A DNA stretch of 64,000 bases from Amphiscolops sp. MND2022. Its lineage: Eukaryota. The stretch covers positions 79,300,001-79,364,000 of the forward strand of contig OZ076409.1 of the NCBI GenBank assembly GCA_964187785.1, in the 5' to 3' direction. A program made the position numbers and the translations under genes. Position 1 is the first letter of the stretch. The number at the start of each line of letters is the position of its first letter. Shown one piece after another: positions 1 to 11,911 of this stretch. The notes below the pieces were generated by a model. That model worked only from the letters and a program-made list of their open reading frames with translations, did no database searches and was not told the DNA's origin.

Positions 1-7
1 ATTTTAG

Positions 8-2168
8 TCGTTTCTCTGTCAGGGGCTTGCTCCTCAAGTTCTCCGTCTAATGGTCAATGGGATAACGACGTTCAAGGACTATAGTGTTCAGTTCGAGAAA
101 GATCTTTTCGTGGAGCGTTGCTACGTCCTATTTTGGGAAAGTAATCAGTTGAAGAAAGTGTGTGTGGGGAGTGAGCCTATTGATCAGCCCGTTCCTGATG
201 CAGAGTTGGTACCCTTGTCCCGCGTGATCCATGTTCTGGAGTCAAAGCATTTGCCGTTGATTGTTCGTGGTGCCAGTCCCAGTTTGCTGAGTGTGATGGG
301 CAGTAATCGCTCGGATGGTCGCCGTTTTGTTGTGTACCACGAGTTCAATGAGGAGACCTTCATACAGTTCCTGCGTCAAGCCCATCAGGACATATTTGGG
401 ATGGTAGATATTATTACCATCGTGGAGTATTTGATTCAACGGCTCCGGAATGCTGTTTACGAGGAGTGGACGGAGGACAAGGTTGTGCTGTGCAGATGTC
501 TTCGAAGAGGCTCCGTTGAGTTCTATGAGTATCGCGAGTTATTGACGGACTTGATTAGTCTTTGGCCTTCAATTCGTCCGTACATCCGTTGCACTGTCAA
601 TCCCGAAGCACGTGGCAAATCAGCTACTGTTAGTATTTTTATTGGTTGCTTTGTCGTTTGCGTCACGTGTTGTTTGTAGCTATAGTCGGTTTGATTGTGT
701 TTTTGTTCTTTTCCAGATGTTGGGGACAGACTGGCATCTGATTGCTGATAACATGATCGTGCAGCGCTTGGGTCTGTTGCGATTTGTTCTCGACACTTGT
801 AAGTATGATGCTGATTGGTGTTGTTCTCAATTGATGCTTGTATCTATCCAGTATAATTGTGTCGTTTGTTATTGTCTGATTGCGTTTGTTGTTCGGTTGT
901 AGTGTTCGGTATTATCTTTGTAAACCCTTGTTGGTGTTTTAGTTCAAATTAATTTTGAGAAGATGCGTCAGCAACGAAAAGATTACGGCTTCCATGGCTA
1001 CAGTGAATTGTGTCATTTTGTGTATCGTCTACTGCTGCGGACTCGGGAGATTGAGTCATTGCCTGGTATCCATGATTGGGAGGCGTACATGGACGTGAAG
1101 AAAATGTCCGAATACCCTGCTGCATCAATGGAGACTTTCTTGGACAATTGTGACTTCGGTCGTGAGTTGCTCGCTGGAAAAACGTCTGAGGCTCAGGAGT
1201 TCCGCAGATATTGTCGTGATTTCCTGGATCAGCTGGTCACTGTCATTTTGAACAGTCCTAGTGTGTCATCTGTTGTGGCGAAAGGCCTCTGCAGTTTCAG
1301 TCCTGAGATTCTGTTGGAGGGAGATGCCCATTCCGTGTTTACCTTGTTTGCGGATCTTACTGGAGTATTGGTTTCCTGTGGAATTTTATCGTCCGATGAT
1401 TCGAACGCTGCTATTGCTCAATTCAGCAGTTACGTGGTGGAGAAAAGGAGGTGGCACGAAGGGTCTGACGTGAATGCCAGCGAGATCCCGGATGTGGTAC
1501 GCTATTTGCTGCAGGACTTTAGCTTTGTCGCTCGTCCGGAAGTGTGCCGAGTTCTGAAGTTATGCTGTCTTGTAGTTGGGGTCCCCGCAGTGCAGTATCC
1601 TCCCGTATCATTTGATCTGAGCGGCTGTGCTTTGAGTAAAGCTGTCTTCCATGATTGCGTACGCTTAGTGCAATCGTACGTTTTGTGTGCGGGGTATGAG
1701 CATCAGGTGTTCTTTACTGATGTGACTTTGGATGCGGTTCGAGATGCCATCGTTACTGCAGGGATCTTTTATATTACTCCCGGCTATGATCTCTGGAAGA
1801 ATTACTGTGATCCTGGTGTGGACTCATTCATCGCCAACTATCGCAAATTGTATTCTACATTTTTGCTGGAACGCCGCAAATCTTCAGAGAGGTATTATGT
1901 GGAGTGCAATAAAGCGAACAGACGTGCTCGTGGCAGTGTCGGGGCTTCTGGATCAGAGACCGGCAGTAATGTGAGCGGCGCCTCGAAGAAGAGTAAGAGC
2001 GGGAGTACTACGATACATGGTGGGGCGTCCGGGTCAAAGTCTGTGAAAAAGGTATCTAGTCAGTCTAGTCATTCTGGACAGTCGAAGAAACCAAAAAGTG
2101 GTACGAAGGGGCGGAAGAAAGATTCCAGTGAGGAGCGAGATCCTGATGTCGTCCATAGAGTGGCATAA
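8..2168 (+). CDS. E1 antisense accessory gene, 3' part (exons 8-628, 717-798, 943-2168); hAT-transposase-derived, apparently catalytically dead
   Basis: Acceptor ttttag|8; GT-AG introns 629-716 (phase 0) and 799-942 (phase 1) join three ORFs into 643 codons with no internal stop. GLAP...YSVQFEK, LISLWPSIRPY and EFRRYCRDFL...GLCSFSP align with the E2/E5 genes and with hAT transposase motifs. Confidence 0.8.
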
Positions 2169-2316
2169 TTGTGATAGTAGAGATTTATAGGTTGTAGACT
2201 GTTTGATGTTTGTTATTGTTGATGATATTTTGGCGTTGTTTTTAGTATTTTATTTGTATTTTTGTTATAATTAACGTAGTCACTCCGGTTCGGTTTGACA
2301 TGAGGAACTTTTCGTT

Positions 2317-5300
2317 CTAGGCGTGAGTTTGACGTAGTTCTTCCGTCGTAGCTGAGTCTAGCATTCTGAAGTCAGGATCCACGTTAGGTTTCGGATTAGG
2401 TCTCAGATTGTATCGACCTACTTTCCTAGGGTTATATCCAACGACTATAGGCGGTAGTTCAGGCGTTTTGGGAGGGCTTTCTAGAGGCGGTGGTGTTAGT
2501 ATATAGGGATTGTCACTGACGTCCAGATTAAATGACGTTACGTTGTCGGGGGGTGTTTTGTCTCCTTCGGCTGTTTCATTTGTGGCTGTTTGAGCCACGT
2601 CATTTTCCGTTGTAATCTCGCTTGTGGTTGTTTGAACCACGTCATTTTGCGTTGTAGGTTCGTCATTTTCGATTGTATCTGTGATCTCTGTGATTGTAGT
2701 TTCTTCTTTGGCGTTTTCCGTTGTGTCTCCGAACAGAACTTCTCCGAATTCGGTTTCCCAAGCTTGCGCGTACCAATCATTGTGGGTTGTTTTAACCTCT
2801 GGATCTGGAAGGTAATCTTCCCTTCTGACTGTTACGTCAGGTACTCGCTGATTGGGCGCATATAGCCTTAGGCGAATTCTATGGAGGGTTTGCGTGTAGC
2901 GGGTTCCCGTGCGGCGTACGACGTAGTTGTTGTTAGACAGTACTTTGACGACTATGTACGGACCAGTCCAGATGCAATCTTTGAAAGCGAATTTCATTGA
3001 TTGGTTGTCAGCTTTCGGATTCAAGACGTAGCAGTGGTCATTCACTTTGAGTGGCGTTGCAGTCGCTTTCTTGTCGTAGTATTGTTTGTACTTGAGATAT
3101 GACTGCATGAGATTGTCTTTAGCTGCTTGTTGTATCTCAGCTATCTGCTTCTGTAGTTGATCCGTTAGTTCGTCGTTGTTGTCTTTTTTCCATTCCGGCT
3201 TTAGTCCCAGTTTGATGTCTAGGATGTTATACGGGATGCGTCTGTGGAACACTGTTGTAGGTTCGCAGCCTACACTTTCATGGTAGCTTGTATTGTAATT
3301 CATGACTGCTATTTGGACATATTTGTGCCACATGGATCGTCGTTCTCCCGTCGATATCTTTAGGGAGGTTTTTAAAGAGGCATGAGTCCTTTCTAGGATG
3401 CCAATGGTTTGAGCGTGTTTCGTCGTTGCGTGGCTTATTCGTATATCGAGTGTTCGTGCTATTTGGTCGACTACTTCTGACCTGAATTGTGATCCTTTAT
3501 CTGTTAGTATAACGGTCGGTAGGTAGCAGTGTCGTGTCATGACGTCTATTATGCATCGTGCGACTGTTTTTGCTGTCATGTCCTGTGTCGGGTATGCGAA
3601 AAGATAACGAGAGAAGACGTCCATCATCGTGACGATGTGCTGATATCCATTGGAGGATGGTAGATTTGGTAGTATATCTACTTCTAGGCAATCTTCTGGT
3701 CCCAATGTGAATTCAGTGTTGCTCAGCATTTTGGGACGTATCTGTCGCGTGTCGATTCTTTTGTTGGCGATGCAGTCTGGGCAACTGGTAACCCAGGCGC
3801 GGATTTTTCGTGCTAGTCCCGGGAAATAGTATTTGGCTCGGCATTCTTGTATCATCTTTGCTATTCCTGCATGTTTATTTGTCTTGCCATGTAGTGTTGA
3901 TAGGAGTTCTGGTACAAGGTGTTTAGGAATGATGACTTGATTGTGCGTGACTGATCCGTCCTCACCGTAGTATTTGCGCATTAGTACCCCATCTTTCATG
4001 ATGATTCTTTCTTCGTGGCGTAGTAGGTGGCGTCCTCGTGGTTCAGTCTTTAGTAGGTGTTTGTCGTATTCTTCGTGCGACACCCGTTGTTTTAACGCTT
4101 TCAGTAGGGGGTCCGCATCTTGTTCGTTTCTGATTCGTGCGTTTTCTTTGATCGCTCCGAATGCATATACTGCGGAGTTGAGGGGTATTTTGATGACTTC
4201 GGTGACTTTGGTAGAAAGGTCTTTTTCATGTTCGTCGTTGGCACGTTGTTTGCTGAGGGCTTTCCTAGCGAAGATTTCTTGTTCTGATTCTTCCTCTTCA
4301 TCTGGGAGGAAGAAAAGTTGTTCTTCGTCCGCTACATCCGATGACTGTAGGTTTACTTCTATCGGTGCCGTAAGTATGTCGTACCGTAATTTCAGTTGTA
4401 CTTTCTCTTTAGGTGTGAGTTCAAGTCTTGAGAGGAAATCTGCTGCCGTATTTTGTGACCCTGCTACGTGCATGATGCGGAAATTAAATTGGAGTACATG
4501 GTCGCAGGCATTCCAAAGTGCAGGTGGTGTAGTTTTCGTTTGGAAAATCGTGTGACCGAACGGTTGTCGGTTAAAACTAGCGTCGGTATTGTCGCTTCTC
4601 ATAATATATGGCTGTATTCAAGGAAGGCGTGATATATGGCTAGAAATTCTTTGCAATAGATTGACATTTTCAGTTGTGCTGGTGAAAAAAACACGGGATC
4701 CAAACGCGACAGGTGCGAAGGTTTTCTTTTTGGATAGTATTTTCTTTTCATCGTTTTCTTCTATCATGAGGGCATAGCCGGATGCGCGAAAACTTGCGTC
4801 TGTCATGAGAACGTATTGCTTTCCTGCTAAGGGCTGTCGGAGCGCGAGGCCACATGCTTCTGCTAGGCTGTCATTGATTTCTTTGAAGTTGTCGACGAGT
4901 TCTTCGGATATTTTGATCTTGGCGTCGGCCTTTAGGAGTTCGTACATGCCTATGAGTTTTTCGGACAGGCGGGGTATGTAATTGCGATAATAATTGACGA
5001 ATCCGATGTATTTTTGAACCTGTTTTTTGGACTTGGGGAATCGGACTTTAGAAAGGAAGTTTTTGACTTTCTGGTCTTGCGGTGCTATTCCGTCTGGGGT
5101 GATGGTTCTGCCGAGGAATTCAACTTGTGTAACTCCGAAATGACATTTTTCGATTGTCAATTTCAGGCCTGCTTGTCTGATGCATTTGAAAACTGCTCTA
5201 ATGTTCTTGATGAGTTGTTCCGTCGTATTTGCGGCAATACCAATGTCATCTACATACTGTGCACACTGATCTGCTTTGATGACTGCGTCGAGGTACTCTC

Positions 5301-7563
5301 GCATGAAGCTTGAGAAGGCTGAGAGGGCTCTACTTAGTCCTTGGGCTAGGCGCCGGTAGGCGAACGTTCTACTAGCAAAGTTGAAAGCAAGTAATTCTAC
5401 TGACCTTTGATCTGCCATTTGAAGGCAGGGGTACGCTTGGGAGCAGTCGAGTTTGCAGAAAAGTTTTTTCCCAGCTAGGTGTTGTGCCGCATCTGAGAGG
5501 GTGCTGACGGGGTGGTTGTTGTTGATGTAGTCATCTGCTATGAGTGCGTTGATTTTGCGCAGATCCACCAGTAGTCTCAGTTTGCCGTTGGGTTTCCGTT
5601 GTGCAAATATAGGACTGGCGTACTTGGAGAAGGGGAGTGTCGTGATGATGCCGTATTTGTGCATGAGGGCCAGCTCTACTGTCAGGTCTTCTTTGAGATT
5701 GATTGGGACTGGTAGACTCTGGGTGTATACTGGTTTATCATCTCTTGGTGTGAGGCTGACTTTGAATTGCGTGTTCATTCCGATGTCGAGACGGTGGCGG
5801 GCAAATATGTCGTTAAATTCGACTAGTGTGGTTTCAAGGTTTTCACGGTCTTTGCCCGTAATTAGTGAGTCAGTCTATTTGAATAACGAAAGGAATTTGT
5901 GTCGAGATTCAGCGTTTTCAGTTGGATCTAGTTTTTCTAGTTCGGCAAGTTCTCGTAGTTCTTTCAAAATTCGTTTTTGTATGGTGGTGTGTTCTTGTTC
6001 ATTGCCAGGGTTGTCTGGGGTTGGGAACCAGAATTTTTCTTCAATATCTTCGGGTTTGTCGACTTGCATAAGTGCGTTGATGTATGTGACTACATCGTCG
6101 TGCTCTGTTAGAAGGTTGAGTGCGGCGATGTCTACAGGCCGTATCAGTTTCGTTTCTTCTGGTTTGAGGATTTGTAGTTCCGCGATCTTGGTGTCTGGAG
6201 CTATCGTGTAGGGGAAGTCTGTTGTGTTGGCGACCTTGATTGCTACTTTCTTGCTTCTGGCTGTTGTGATTGCTGGGGCTACTATTAGTTTTGAGTTTTC
6301 GTCGAATTGTGGTAGGGGCTGGATTGTCCCTGTGATGGTGTGTTCTGTTGTCACGGGTATCACTGCGTATATTATTCGCGTTGCTTGTGCTGGTATAGTA
6401 TGTTTCGCTTCCGTTCTAATGGTGATAGGTTTCAGATTGCATTTTTGCATTTCGTCTGTGAGTGCCATCGTAATTTGAATCTTCGGGAAGTCAATTGTTC
6501 CCTGGGCAGTGTCGAGAATTGCGGCATGTTTCCGTAGGAATGCTAGTCCGATGATGGGGAAGGACATCTGGTTCATGACAATGAACGTTTCCTCAAAGGT
6601 ATAGTTGCCAATTTTGAAACGTAATGTATACGTTGCCAGAGGTTGCTCGAGTTCAGCATTAGCATATTGTACCTTGAAAGGGGGTGGGGGTGCTTTGTGT
6701 ATGATGCATTGGTTTGCATCTTGTCGGAGTTTTTCGGCGTCTCTTTCACTAATGGCGTTGATGTATGCACCTGAGTCGACGAGGGCGTCTATTTTGACGG
6801 AATTGAAGTCTACTGGTAAGAAAAGCATTCGTTTTTTCTTTTTCAGTGTAATTGCTGACATTAGCGGAATGTAGTCGTCATCTTTGTCATGTTGTATGAA
6901 TTCCTTGATGACGTCTAGGTCGTCGGGTAGTGATGTTGGGTATTCTATTTCTGCATCGTTGCTTCTCGTTATCTCTGTGGCTGGTGCTGTCTGTGTGGGC
7001 GGTGGAGATGATGAATCAATGGTTGGGTCTTCAGGCTTCTGTTGCCACAACGTTTTATCTTCGATGCAAATGATGTCCTCTGCGTTTATGGGCGTGGACG
7101 TGACGGTGACGGGCACTGTTGGGGAAGGTCCTGGGTTCTTCAATATCGGGGAGGGCGGTGGTGGAAAATGATGTGTTTCTCTGAGCTGGGGCTGTGGGTT
7201 TGGTATCTGGATTTTGAAAGCAAGTTTGTTGTGGTCGTATATGTGGGGGTTGTCCCAAGGATCACATCTGTAGTCCACGTCATATATGTATGTTCGTTCA
7301 GTTTTGGATTCTGGCAGAGGTCGTTTCAGTGTGGCATAATTGTCAGGCGACTCCGTTATCCATTGGGGTAGTGGTATTGGGTCTTCTGGGTGTCGTGCAT
7401 TGTGTCTAAGTATCATGCCTACGTTCCAACGACGTTGCCAGTCCTGTGTCGGTTCTTCGTTGCATTCTGTGAAAAAATCTTCCTCGTATCTGTTTGGGGG
7501 GTCTTCGATGGTGTACGCCCTCGCGTCTACTTTTTCCCCGAACCGTAGACGCGGCGATTTTAG
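2317..7563 (-). pseudogene. pol: E1 pol (protease, RT, RNase H, integrase), disrupted
   Basis: LVDSGA protease, AQYVDD RT, TDAS RNase H, HHCC and D..D..E integrase with WTGPY. In-frame stop at 5875-5877 and frameshifts or deletions around 4550-4690. Confidence 0.93.
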
Positions 7564-8969
7564 TTTTTTGTTTGGGTGTTGGCGGTGGGGACAGGGGCGT
7601 CACTGATTTTGTCCGTGGGGATGGTGAATTCCCTCTTCTTTCGTCTGGGGTCATTTGCCGCATTTGCTCCGTTCCAACAATTCTCGGTTTTGTGCATTTT
7701 TCCGCATGTATTGCACTTGGGTTTGGGGGCTTCGCTTTGGTTTAAGTCTTTGGTAGGAGGTTTGGCGTTGTTGTAGCGTTCTCTCTGGAGCCTGCGACAC
7801 TGTGCTTTATAGTGGCCGTATTTTCAGCAGTGGAAACAATGACCTCGTTGTTGTTGGTCTTTTTTATGGTCCGTCACTACAGCGTCCACTGTGTTGAGTG
7901 GGACTAGGATTGTTTCATCGGGCGCACCTAGTCCGTTTAATCTCATTTCCCTCTCAAGATGTAAAACTATGTCATTGTAGGGTTTATCTTCCAAATATGC
8001 TCTGTTGAGGATCTTTTTGACGTGATCCGGCATTTTGGCGTAGATTGCTTTATCAATGAATTTTTGTGCTTCTGAGCCGAATGCTTCTTTTGCAGTTTTT
8101 TGCAGGGTGTCAAGGAACTCATGGAGTTTCTGTTTAGTGGGGTCAAAATGCAGGGCGTCCCACTCACATCTCGCTTTAGCGGATGATTGGAAATCACCAA
8201 AGCGGCGTTTAAATGCCGTTATGACTTCTTCTAGGTTGTCTTTTTTGGTGTCATCTAGATTACAATACGCTTGTAGTGCGTTTCCTCGTAGGAGTGAATG
8301 GAAGTAGTTGATCTTTTGTATCTCGGTTAGGTGAGGATACATTTTGATATTGTTTCGGAATAGGTCCTCAAAAAGTTCAAAATTTTCGGACTTACCATCG
8401 AAAACTGGGAGCGAAGCAGTGAGTGCTTTCGGCATCGGAAGTAGATTGGTTGATGGGAATGTCTGTGGTTGTGGTGCGAACAGTATCTTTGACGTGGATG
8501 GTCGGTCTTTTGGTTGTTCGCTGAGTATACGTTGTGCTTTTGGTCTTTTGGTGGGTTGGTTAGTGGAATCATTGAGGACTCCTGTCACCATGTTACGACT
8601 ATTGTTCGGTGTTGTTTTAGAACTAGTCGCAGTTTGTGTTTTGACTGGGGTGGACGTTCTTGCTACGGAGATGTTTTCTTGGTCAGAATCAGAATCTTGC
8701 AAGTTCGGATTAACTGAGCGTTTCTTGCTCGCAGGTGCTATTAATTTGAGCATTGCCTTTTGGTTTTCAGCTAATATTTTTGCTAGATCAGTCATTATCT
8801 CTTTTCTCAGACTTGTTTTCATTTCCTCCAGATTTTCAAGCTCAAGTCTAGGGTTTTTACTAGAGCTAGGTATCAGGTTCTCGGTGGAGTTATTTTCAGT
8901 TAGAGAAGCTTCAAAATCTCCCGACGCTAACTCGGCTATAGCTTTTCTCTTCTGGCTCCTTGTCGTCAT
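7560..8969 (-). pseudogene. gag: E1 gag (starts inside the LTR; premature stop in zinc knuckle)
   Basis: ATG at 8969 (MTTRSQKRK); FDGK..FELFEDLF capsid-like block; CFHC*KYGHYKAQC with TGA at 7824-7826; second knuckle CNTCGKMH; TAA at 7560-7562 after slippery AAAAAAC. Confidence 0.88.
8579..8590 (-). other. E1 primer-binding site TGGTGACAGGAG
   Basis: Directly follows the LTR end ...GTCGTAACA; the same 12-mer follows the LTR in E2, E4 and E5. Confidence 0.9.
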
Positions 8970-10932
8970 TTTCAAAGTTGAGATATCAGAGTCTTTGGCA
9001 AGAATTAAATTCTTCAAAGAAATTTTGAGTTTTCGTAATTTCAACGAGCAACAAAATTTTGAAACAAATCCAAGTTCAACTAAAAATACATGTCCTCTCT
9101 ACCTATTTATACCTTCTTAGCATCATTTGTTCCTCACCTAAAAATTCCTAGGAATCTTAAAAGTCGGGTTTGTTCAACAAGATTCGCCGATGATTCAAAT
9201 TATTTCAGTCTGGCGTCATAAATTCAGGTATCGAAGTTCCTAGTTGCGTCAACATTCCGTGAGACTTTGTTGAAATCATTTTTGTTCAGATAATCCATTT
9301 CCTGTTTGATCTTCAAAACCGCGGTAAAATAGAAGTCTAATTGACATTTTCATCGGCGTAAGCACGCCGGCGTGAACTATTAGTCAATATCCAACTCGAG
9401 GAGTTGGAATTTTGAGGAAAAAGATGATGTTCAAAAATGGTGACGGAAACGATACGTCGCTGAAAATTCGCCGTTGAGAATATTTGAAACGAGAAACAAA
9501 TGATGCTGATGGGCATTAAGGCAGACTGACTTCAACAAACATGAAATCCAACATAATAATTGACTTGGGTTACGGGAATACTCCGTATAATGTCCCAAAT
9601 ACTAACTAGCTGCAACAGCACAAGAATAAAAATAAAACAATGTAACAAAGGCATTTCAAAACTGGTACAAATCCGAAATTGCTTTCGGGATCATTCATTC
9701 ATCATCATATTTAGAGTTAGGTTATAAAATTAGCATCAAACAGACATCAGTATAATTTACGTATACACTTCGTGACTTGGAATTAGGTCCTGAGTAATAC
9801 AGCTTTTATCATACAGAAAACATGACGTAAGTTTACGAGGACTAGTGCAAAATTCATCACCATCAATTGATCATAAACTGCAAAGAAAGCATTGGTATGA
9901 ATTACGGGTACACTCCGTAATATAGTATTTAGGAAGTATAGCAATGGCATAATAAATTAGTATAGAATTCAGGACATTACAACTTTGTTCTTCTCATAAT
10001 CCTTCCTTACAGAGCAGCTGTTTTCCTCTAAAACCTAATCAAGAAATTCCTTAGCTAATAATGAACCAGGAAAAATTCTCTTAAACTTTCATTCGTTCCA
10101 TTTTTTCCTAACTATATGTTCTCAGAACACTCCGTAAATGCTTCGCATGTATTAAGATTGCTTATAGTAGAGAGGTGGACTACAATTTTACAATTCGCCA
10201 CGTAACTGCTACGTACGTATAAAGATTGCTTATAGCTAGAGGTCAGAGTGGACAGAAAGCGAGCGGAACGCGTAGGCGAATTCATTCTTTCTCTCTTATT
10301 CTGATTGGCGTTGCTAGGGGCAACCGAATTCAATACCGCTCGCGCTAGCTAAGAATAATCCTGCCGAGGAGGTGACGTTATTAGTCCGCGAAAGTAGAAT
10401 ATCTAATTTTAGCTCAGTAGAGTGACGCCGTCATTACGTTGTAAATCCTCTCTTAAGTCACTTGATTGCGCCTTAAGTGGGTATTGACAACTACTTTATC
10501 ACAGAAAACACCAAAACAACTCTGTCTTTTATGTATTTTTCCTTTTAGATCGTATGGATTCCGTTGGGATTGCGGGATTTTAAATGTGTTTTATTTTAGT
10601 GTGGAACTGAAGAAAAATCCCTGTTGTTAAATGTCTATTTTGGTATTTAGATCAGTATGGCGAACTTCAGAAGATTAAACCGGATATGGAAAATCTATTG
10701 AGCGTGAAATCTTTTAACCGGAAGTTTTAGCTAAAATTCATTTCCCAAAATATTCCGTGACGCATACGTTAGATTCTTATTCTGAAAAATCTACGAAATA
10801 ATCTTAGCTGCACTGTAAGTAGAATTATATTAGTTTAGTTAGTATTTTAATGGTACTTGCAGTATCCTCTTCCTCTGCCTCTTCCTAGGGCGAAACACCA
10901 TTCACACCCACGACCGGGAGCGGGTCGTGACA
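8591..10932 (-). repeat. E1 5' LTR (~2.34 kb)
   Basis: Imperfect terminal inverted repeat TGTCACGAC...GTCGTAACA, followed by the PBS. The partner LTR is outside the window. Confidence 0.82.
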
Positions 10933-11911
10933 CAGTCATCAATACTAAATTCATTCATGTTATGGTGCATCGTTTAAAAGCTAAAACTGAAATATCCAGT
11001 TATTTCCATATTTACGACTGAAACAATCAGTCATCATCCACAGTGATAGTGCATCGTTTAACCATTCTTTATCCATTTTTTATATTACATGTAACGTACT
11101 ACCAGAACAATCAATCATTCATAGTCATAACAATCCATTCACTTAAAACACAACATTTCGTTCATTTATATCAGTAATTCGTGCAATATCCATTAGTAAA
11201 TTACTTCAACCGATAATTAGAGCAGTCACCACGATGATAAGAACACTCAGTAGTAAAGCCTCAATATGAGAGATAATTTGAAATAATTACGTGCTAAGAT
11301 GACTGGTGCTTGCGGTCATACTAGATCAAACATACGTAATTGAGCATCGATTATCACCTGCAACGACTGTGGCTACCAGTCGTCAAGTGCAATTAGCAGG
11401 TTGAACGCCATTGGCTAAGAGGAAAGGTGCTAACACACTTCCATAATTGTACTATCGGGTAAAACCGAACAACACACACGAATTGTAACTTTTGACGAGA
11501 TAAGTTGCTTACTACTGTATCTTCCTATCATCATTCCAATTCATACCATTATACCATTTCAAATTTAACTTAAAACCTTTTGGCTTTTCATGGTAACTAC
11601 CTGATCTCAAAGTAACCGTGACAAGCAAATAGAAACGCAAAATATGGATAGATCTAGTGACAGTGAAAGCGATGCTAGTTTCCCAGATGTGTTATCCAGA
11701 GACCAAATTGAGAATCTCGATTCCGAAGATGTATTAACCAGACATCATGGTAATCATAACAATAGTGTCGATCAACGTTTTAATGAGTTAAATAGACAAA
11801 TTGGAGACCTTACAAGTATAGTCCTTACCTTAACAAACCAGATTGCCTCCATTAACGGAGAAGGGAACAGACCGAACATAGCAACTACAAGTGCTAACAG
11901 TCGTTCCGACA
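10933..11911 (+). repeat. E2 5' LTR, missing its first 149 bp (displaced by E1)
   Basis: Matches 25124-26102 apart from about four substitutions seen by eye; ends CCGACA, followed by the PBS. Confidence 0.95.

Larger units (their letters stand above)
1..10932 (-). mobile_element. E1: large Ty3/gypsy LTR retrotransposon (3' end beyond window), inserted in the 5' LTR of E2
   Basis: On the minus strand: LTR, PBS, gag, PR, RT, RH, IN in gypsy order, then an antisense spliced gene. The LTR starts TGTCACGAC at 10932 and abuts the truncated E2 LTR. Confidence 0.93.

Noticed and set aside
3974..9120. Long plus-strand ORFs opposite E1 gag/pol (3974-4555, 5540-6211, 8344-9120) and similar ones opposite E2, E3 and E5
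   Set aside because: Shadow ORFs of the coding strand; no motifs and mostly non-ATG starts.
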